A DNA stretch of 64,000 nt, taken from the NCBI GenBank assembly GCA_963665815.1, contig OY762463.1:2176001-2240000 (forward strand). Reading direction: 5' to 3'. A program made the translations under genes and the position numbers. This stretch comes from Candidatus Cloacimonadales bacterium. GTDB lineage: Bacteria > Cloacimonadota > Cloacimonadia > Cloacimonadales > JAIOQZ01. The notes under the pieces are model-generated. The model worked only from the letters and a program-made list of their open reading frames with translations, had not been told where the DNA came from and did no database searches. This document shows positions 57,772 to 64,000 of the stretch, one piece after another. How positions within the stretch are numbered: the stretch's first letter is position 1; every line of letters begins with the position of its first letter.

Positions 57772-58923
57772 ATGAAAAAAGTAATATTGATTTTATCTAT
57801 ATATTTTGCAATCGCATTTTTACCTGCATCAGTTCTGATTCATGATTATGATCTTAACAACAACCTTAGCGATAATCTCAGTGGCGGAGGGCAGCTTACT
57901 GTTAATCCTTCGACAGACAACCACGGATTCAATGGAAATGAATGGTGGTGGCAAGGTGCAGACCATCCCGGTGGAGGTTTAATACTGCTTGCAAATTTAC
58001 CGGATCCCAACAACTACTCTCTGGCATTTAAAATTAAGTTTGATGTAATCAACGGATCTTGGCGTAAAATAATTTCTTTTCGTGGGTCAGCTGATGATAC
58101 AGGACTTTATTTTTACAATAATTATTTACAGCTGTATCCATATGCAGCTCAAACAAATATTGCTTATCAATCCAATGTATTTTATGATTTTGTATTTACC
58201 AGAGACTCTGCCGGAAGCTTTAAAGTTTATACAGTTGATAATGGTATAGCCTCACTTGTATTCGACCAATCTTCTGCTTCAGCAAACCTTACTATCCCTA
58301 TAAATGTTAATAATCTTTACGAGTTCAGACTTTTTACCGATGACACTGCTACAAGTAGTGAATTTGTTCCGAACGGGTCCATACAGAACTTGAGGGTCTG
58401 GGATAGTGCTTTAAATGAAGGTGAAATCAGCACAGCTCTTTCAGAAGCCAACTTCACTGCAGACATACAAGTGATAACGCCGGGAGACACTGTAAATTTT
58501 ACAGATATGTCTTCAGGACTTCCAACATCTTGGGCATGGGATTTTGAGAATGACGGCACATATGATTCTTCCTTGCAGAATCCATCTTTTGTATTTAACA
58601 CTCCCGGATTGTACGATGTAAAGCTGAAGACGCAGAATTCGGTTGTAACAGATTCTATTGTAAAATCCGAATACATTGCCTGCGTGGATGAAACTAATAC
58701 TGTAACTAACCTGCAGATTACAACAGATAGCAGTGATGTTGTACTTAACTGGGATGCCGATACGGAATCACATGTGTATCTGGCGTATATTTCGGATTCT
58801 CCGGATAGTAACTGGCAGTTTCTTGCTAGAATTTCAGATGTAAATACATATACTCATATTGATGCATTATTGAATAGTGACAGGAAGTTTTATACTGTGT
58901 TTAAATTGCTGAGAAACCCATAA
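57772..58923 (+). CDS. Secreted LamG-like + PKD domain protein
   Basis: Signal peptide; GSIQNLRVWDSALNEGEI; FTDMSSGLPTSWAWDF..QNPSF..PGLYDV. Confidence 0.8.
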   Translation: MKKVILILSIYFAIAFLPASVLIHDYDLNNNLSDNLSGGGQLTVNPSTDNHGFNGNEWWWQGADHPGGGLILLANLPDPNNYSLAFKIKFDVINGSWRKIISFRGSADDTGLYFYNNYLQLYPYAAQTNIAYQSNVFYDFVFTRDSAGSFKVYTVDNGIASLVFDQSSASANLTIPINVNNLYEFRLFTDDTATSSEFVPNGSIQNLRVWDSALNEGEISTALSEANFTADIQVITPGDTVNFTDMSSGLPTSWAWDFENDGTYDSSLQNPSFVFNTPGLYDVKLKTQNSVVTDSIVKSEYIACVDETNTVTNLQITTDSSDVVLNWDADTESHVYLAYISDSPDSNWQFLARISDVNTYTHIDALLNSDRKFYTVFKLLRNP

Positions 58924-59382
58924 TTATTTCATACATTGAGAAGTTCTGAATCGATTTATTGTATTAATATATTTCTCACTGATAGAGTCATTTATTGCAG
59001 CAAAAAATTTAGCAGCAATAATTGGATTATCCAGCAGCAGTTTCTGAAGTTTCAGATATGAGTATCGGAAGATAAGGGTCTCTTCGGACTCTGCTTTGAT
59101 TGTCGCAGAACGTCTTACCGGCATGACGAAATTATTTTCCCCTATCATTGTACCCGGTGGAAGTGAAGTAATTTTTCTCATCTCATCACCTTCTTCAGGT
59201 ATCCAGACGGAAACAGAACCTTTTGCAACAAAATAAACATCTCTGTTTCTTTCGCCATACTCAATAATGATTTCATCTTTCAGGTATTTTTCTTCAACAT
59301 GATTTGAGTTAAGTACTTCAATCTCTTCTTTCGTAAGATACTTGTACATCTGAATGTCATTTTGCTTCTTGAATAATTCCAT
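58924..59382 (-). CDS. Stand-alone cyclic nucleotide-binding domain protein
   Basis: VYFVAKGSVSV, GTMIGE...RRSATIKA. Confidence 0.88.
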   Translation of the reverse strand: MELFKKQNDIQMYKYLTKEEIEVLNSNHVEEKYLKDEIIIEYGERNRDVYFVAKGSVSVWIPEEGDEMRKITSLPPGTMIGENNFVMPVRRSATIKAESEETLIFRYSYLKLQKLLLDNPIIAAKFFAAINDSISEKYINTINRFRTSQCMK

Positions 59383-59404
59383 AATTACACCTTAATACAG
59401 CAGA

Positions 59405-59845
59405 TTAAGCCAATTTCTGAGTTAGTTTTATCACTTTTTCCGATAATGAATCATTTATGGCAGCAAGTATCTTTGAGGATATCTGATAATCGCGCTCCAT
59501 AATCATAAACAAATCCCTGAATGAATAGCGACAGATAGTTGTATTGGGCGAAACAACAACCTCAAAGGGGGAAACAGTATCCTTGCAGAAAAGCAATTCT
59601 CCGATAATTTCACCTTCATAGTTTCTCCCTATTTCCAAAGGATTGCCTTCTGAATCTCCCGGAATTCTTGTTTTAGTATTGCCGTTTACAACCACAAAAA
59701 GTTCTTCTGCTTTATCTCCTGCTCTGAGAAGTATTTCTTCATTCTCGAAGATGTCTATTTTTTCAATTTTACGCACTATTTCCAGTTCTGTAGTACAAAG
59801 ATACTTCAGTAAGTCGTTATCATTCTGTCTGACAAAGATATTCAT
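59405..59845 (-). CDS. Stand-alone cNMP-binding domain protein (degenerate pocket)
   Basis: LFVVVNG, GEIIGE but no R-S/T-A; paralog of neighbour. Confidence 0.8.
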   Translation of the reverse strand: MNIFVRQNDNDLLKYLCTTELEIVRKIEKIDIFENEEILLRAGDKAEELFVVVNGNTKTRIPGDSEGNPLEIGRNYEGEIIGELLFCKDTVSPFEVVVSPNTTICRYSFRDLFMIMERDYQISSKILAAINDSLSEKVIKLTQKLA

Positions 59846-62800
59846 TAGAATCTCCTTCTGACCATTATAAAGGCAATCAGGTTAAACACCAGTGAATAGA
59901 TAAGAATCACCAGAATATTTATGAAATACTTATTATATTCCTTGTTGAAAATTTTCATTTTCGTTGCCATGAAGTAATTTCTGTTTCTATTCAGATATTT
60001 TGAATTCTCTGAATCCACCCAGTTATTTATCTCAGTATTCCTGAACAGGTTTTCCGAATGTTTACTGGAAAACTGGAATGACTCATTCAACAGTTTGCTC
60101 TTAGTTCTATAGTCTTTTGCATTTTTCCTCGCAAGAGACAACCTGTTCATATTTTTATCATAATAATTAAGTTCAGCCTGAGCCACTGCAAGACCTTCAA
60201 ACAACCATCTTGAAGATATAATTTCACAGAACTCCGGTACGGATGCACCCTGCCGTATTCTTAAAAAAGGATTCATGTCTTCAAACTTTATAACTGCTCC
60301 TGCAAACATAATCTGAGGAATAAGTACGATTGGCAGAACGTTGATCAATGCAGATCTGTCATCAAGAACCGCAGAGGCTATCAATCCGATTGTAAAACCG
60401 CTCATTCCTGCCAGAAAGAGAAACAAAACATATACCGAGTAAATATTTCTGATCTCCAATATAGAGCATGATATAAAAACATACAGCATGACTTGAATAA
60501 TGTTAAATATACTCAATGTGATATTCTTGCTTATCAGAACATATAGTACTTTTATATTCATTTTCCGTTCTCTCGATATAATCCTCTTCTCAGATAGTAA
60601 CTCATCAAGACTGTTGGAAAGTCCCAGAAAAATAAATATAATTACTGAAATGAAAATGAAGGTCGGCATATTTGTATTATCACCAAATATATATTCTCCG
60701 TTTTCATTGACATTCCTGAGTATCAGTGAAACCAGTATAGCCAGCATTGGTGAAGCAATGAAGGTTACAATAATATTCAAACGGTTTGTGAGTTTATTGA
60801 TTAAATTTCTGGTGAAAACATAATAGAATTGCATAATATTATCTTTAATTGTTAATTTTGTTTCTGCAATTCTACTGTTCACTCCGATTTTTTCATTTTC
60901 ATCATCTTCAGATTGATTTATAATCTCCAGAAGCTTTTGCTTTTTATATTTGTTCTTCCAGTAAAATGGTGGAAATTTACGTTGTACTCTAATTTCAGTA
61001 TCTGTTATATTCGTAGAAATCAGAGGCTCGGAATATTCTATAATATCAAAGAAGAACTCAGGCATTCGCAGTTTCTTTTTCGTTTCGAGAGATGATTTGT
61101 TGAAAACAATTGTCTGAAGTTCCTTATTAAAGAAATTAAAAGCTTTTTTGGTTGATCCGAAGTAGACTTGGACTCCACCTTTATCGAGAAACAGAAGCTT
61201 ATCAAAATTCTGGTAGATTTCCGGATTCGGCTGATGAATTGTTGCAATAATTATTTTCCCCTGATCACGCAAATCATTGAGCATTTCCAATAAGTTCTCT
61301 GAATCTTTTGATGAAAGCCCGGATGTAGGTTCATCAAGAATAATTACCTGGGGGTCAGCAAGAAGCTCCAGAGCAATATTCAATCTTTTTCGTTGTCCTC
61401 CACTAAGCAGTTTGTTCATCAGATCACCGACACGCAAATGCTTCTTTTCATATAGTCCGATCTGTCGTAAAATATTATCTATTCTTTTATCAATATCCTC
61501 TCTGTTTCTGAGATGGGGAATTCTCAATCTGGCACAATAATATAGATTCTGGTACACTGTAAGGTTTGCAAAAAGCAGGTCATCTTGAGGAACATATCCG
61601 ATGTGCTTCTGGAATGCGGCAAAATTTCTGTAGAAATCGAATCCATCTACAAGAACTTTAGCCTGTTTCGGTAGAATTTCACCTGTAAATGTTTTGAGTA
61701 GTGTTGTTTTTCCACTTCCACTTGGTCCCATAATCGCAAGTAACTCACCTTTATTAAGCTCAAAATTGATGTTTTCGAGAGCAATAGTCTGACCTTTATC
61801 AAATTCATGATATATGTTTTCTACAGTGATGTTTTTTATCTCGAAATCTACTTTCAGTATATCGAAAAATCTGTTAATCTTGAATGTTTGATTTTCATGT
61901 GAAATAACATCCGTATTAAAGGAAAATTCTTGTTTTCCGGATAAGACAGTATTATTCACAAAAACCGTTTTCTGCTTACTGGCTGGTTGAATAAAGACAG
62001 ATTTATTGTCTTTTGTAATCTTCAGTATTGTGTCAGATGTATGCTTATTTGCAATCTTAAAAAATGAGTCCGAATAATTCACATATACACTTGTTATTGA
62101 ATCAACCGAGAAACTCAATTGATCTTTTTCCAGAAGAAGTTTTTTCCCTGAAAAATCCTTTTCTATTATCAGTACATCATCAATTGCAATTCGCTCCGGT
62201 TGCTTAATAAGCTTCTTATTAACTAAAACAGATGTCGAACCGGGATCGGCAGTCAGTTTTGCTCCGCTATAGTTTATCCACACAGATGTATCCTCATAGG
62301 GAATTCTGATAGATTGTTTCTGCTGGTGCATGTGAAGTTGATACAATGAAGTTATATCATCATAAGTTAACTGTGTTTTGCTATCACTGAAATTTCTATA
62401 GCTGAGTTTATCTGCTGTATTCATCAGATAGAACTCATTTTTAATCAAGGGAAGATCGTTTAGATAGAACTCGTTGGATTTCTGAGTACCTACAAGTGTA
62501 AAATCCTTTATCATGAGAACTACAAGGTTACAGTTTGAGAATGGCTTAATAAAAACATCACATGAGTCTTTCTCACCGAAAACGAGAAAATTTTTAAATG
62601 TCGAGAAATCTTTTTCACGGATAAATGGAATAACATCCAATTCAATTGCATTTGATTTCCCTTCGAGGATATCAAGGAGCTGCTCGTATATTTTTATATC
62701 GATATAAAGCAGGTCGACAAATTTAATTAATTCAAGACTTCCAATAATCTCAAATTTTTTTTTCATGTACACAATTGAGAACAAAGTAAGTAGTAATTTG

Positions 62801-63042
62801 AATTTATCTGTCTCGTGCAAACACATTTTGAGTATATTTGTAGCTTGCCTGATAGACAGAATATTCTTAGTGGAGGAATGGTTCATACTGAACCGCAACT
62901 CATTGCCAAGCAAAGAAGTAAGCAGTGTGTCAATTGTCTCAATATCTTCAGACTCAATATGTCTGATACGAGAAAGTTGAACATAAATTGAAACAACAGC
63001 CTGATAAATCAGGTTAATATCTTTAGTGTTAGTTTTTTCCAT
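59845..63042 (-). CDS. ABCG/White-type fused ABC transporter with long N-terminal extension
   Basis: GPSGSGKT, YVPQDD, LSGGQRKR, LDEPTSGL, TIHQP; C-terminal ABC2 TM domain. Confidence 0.9.
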   Translation of the reverse strand: MEKTNTKDINLIYQAVVSIYVQLSRIRHIESEDIETIDTLLTSLLGNELRFSMNHSSTKNILSIRQATNILKMCLHETDKFKLLLTLFSIVYMKKKFEIIGSLELIKFVDLLYIDIKIYEQLLDILEGKSNAIELDVIPFIREKDFSTFKNFLVFGEKDSCDVFIKPFSNCNLVVLMIKDFTLVGTQKSNEFYLNDLPLIKNEFYLMNTADKLSYRNFSDSKTQLTYDDITSLYQLHMHQQKQSIRIPYEDTSVWINYSGAKLTADPGSTSVLVNKKLIKQPERIAIDDVLIIEKDFSGKKLLLEKDQLSFSVDSITSVYVNYSDSFFKIANKHTSDTILKITKDNKSVFIQPASKQKTVFVNNTVLSGKQEFSFNTDVISHENQTFKINRFFDILKVDFEIKNITVENIYHEFDKGQTIALENINFELNKGELLAIMGPSGSGKTTLLKTFTGEILPKQAKVLVDGFDFYRNFAAFQKHIGYVPQDDLLFANLTVYQNLYYCARLRIPHLRNREDIDKRIDNILRQIGLYEKKHLRVGDLMNKLLSGGQRKRLNIALELLADPQVIILDEPTSGLSSKDSENLLEMLNDLRDQGKIIIATIHQPNPEIYQNFDKLLFLDKGGVQVYFGSTKKAFNFFNKELQTIVFNKSSLETKKKLRMPEFFFDIIEYSEPLISTNITDTEIRVQRKFPPFYWKNKYKKQKLLEIINQSEDDENEKIGVNSRIAETKLTIKDNIMQFYYVFTRNLINKLTNRLNIIVTFIASPMLAILVSLILRNVNENGEYIFGDNTNMPTFIFISVIIFIFLGLSNSLDELLSEKRIISRERKMNIKVLYVLISKNITLSIFNIIQVMLYVFISCSILEIRNIYSVYVLFLFLAGMSGFTIGLIASAVLDDRSALINVLPIVLIPQIMFAGAVIKFEDMNPFLRIRQGASVPEFCEIISSRWLFEGLAVAQAELNYYDKNMNRLSLARKNAKDYRTKSKLLNESFQFSSKHSENLFRNTEINNWVDSENSKYLNRNRNYFMATKMKIFNKEYNKYFINILVILIYSLVFNLIAFIMVRRRF

Positions 63043-63126
63043 GTTATCCTCAACAAACATAGTGTAAAATGAGAAAAATCTTGCAAGAAATTTATTGTAT
63101 TTTATTTTAAAGCTGAAGGGGGAATT

Positions 63127-63588
63127 ATGCCTGCAAAAGCTCCTGATTTCGCTTTAAGTAATCAGAAAAAAGATGAAAAATGTTTAAAAGATTATGCAGA
63201 CAAATGGTTAGTTCTGTTCTTTTTTTCGGAAGATAATGACGAAGACTGTACTGCCGAAATTGTTGAGTTCAGCCAGAAAAGATCGAAATTCAGTTCTTAT
63301 AATTCCGTTGTGGTTGGAATTAGCCCTGATTCTGTAGATACTCACAGAAAGTTTGCCAAGAAGCATAAAATTGGCATTGAGTTACTTAGTGATCCTCAAA
63401 AGGAAACTGTAAAGAACTACAAAGCCTGGGGTATAAGAAATATTCTTGCAGAAGATGACGAATGTGTTATCCGAAGCACTTTTCTTATTAATCCTAATGG
63501 AATGATAGTTTACTCATGGAAGAACATGCAGGTTAAAGGTCATGTTTCCAAAGTTCTGAAAAAAGTTGCAGAATTTCAGGCAGGATAA
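63127..63588 (+). CDS. Bcp/PrxQ-like peroxiredoxin (atypical active-site motif)
   Basis: APDFAL, VGISPDS, LLSDP, RSTFLI; FFSEDNDEDCTAE. Confidence 0.85.
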   Translation: MPAKAPDFALSNQKKDEKCLKDYADKWLVLFFFSEDNDEDCTAEIVEFSQKRSKFSSYNSVVVGISPDSVDTHRKFAKKHKIGIELLSDPQKETVKNYKAWGIRNILAEDDECVIRSTFLINPNGMIVYSWKNMQVKGHVSKVLKKVAEFQAG

Positions 63589-63590
63589 TA

Positions 63591-64000
63591 ATGAAGTTGT
63601 TGCTGAAAATCAGTTTTCTGCTGATTTCAATTACACTTTATGCCCAAAATGGGGGAATTTACGAGATAAACAGTGGTAGAAAAGGTGTGAAATTATTTGA
63701 CTCAGGTAATTTCCGTGGCAAATGGTCTGAGATTATAAGTTTGAATCTTAACAATGATGGATTGTCTGATTTGATGTTAATCAATCATAACAAGACCAAA
63801 CTGAAAATGTTATCTGTTAAGGATAAAATCACTAAAGTAAATTCCGATATTGAAATGAATTTTCTCTGGAATTTTGTTAATGCTGTAGACCTTAATGGTG
63901 ACAAAATAAGTGAAATTGTCTTTATGGACAGTTCCTGTGTAAATGGTCGAGTCTGTAGTTATAGCACCTCAGAAAACAAATATATCTGTGATACACTTAA
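63591..64000 (+). CDS. Secreted FG-GAP/VCBS-like repeat protein (partial)
   Basis: Manual translation open to window end: signal peptide, LNLNNDGLSDL, VDLNGDKISEI. Confidence 0.7.
   Translation, partial: MKLLLKISFLLISITLYAQNGGIYEINSGRKGVKLFDSGNFRGKWSEIISLNLNNDGLSDLMLINHNKTKLKMLSVKDKITKVNSDIEMNFLWNFVNAVDLNGDKISEIVFMDSSCVNGRVCSYSTSENKYICDTL

Overview
AT-rich bacterial chromosomal segment. The C-terminal 'NYPNP(F)NP...IYNxKGQ' sorting domains suggest an FCB-group organism, most likely Ca. Cloacimonadota (inference). Left end: a tuf-headed S10/spc ribosomal protein operon on the minus strand, with no fusA/rpsG/rpsL upstream. Next come a radical SAM gene and a type IV pilus locus (pilA-pilT-[structured leader]-pilMNOPQ-[invasin-like Ig lipoprotein]-pilB-pilC). 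An accessory region follows: PPIase, MarR, DUF2157/GDYXXLXY, TPR-DUF2271 with a LytS/LytTR pair, DUF362, YeiH, RDD, SanA, a Schlafen/AlbA protein with a 10-bp tandem repeat, SdpRI, a double-transmitter hybrid kinase and an MBOAT pair. The right part holds a FliA/WhiG sigma-28 module without flagellar genes, flanked by two related MITE-like elements. It also holds a sigma-54-preceded C10 protease with 129-bp repeats next to an NtrC-like activator, and an ABCG-type transporter with two cNMP-binding proteins. No rRNA, tRNA, CRISPR array or intact transposase was seen.
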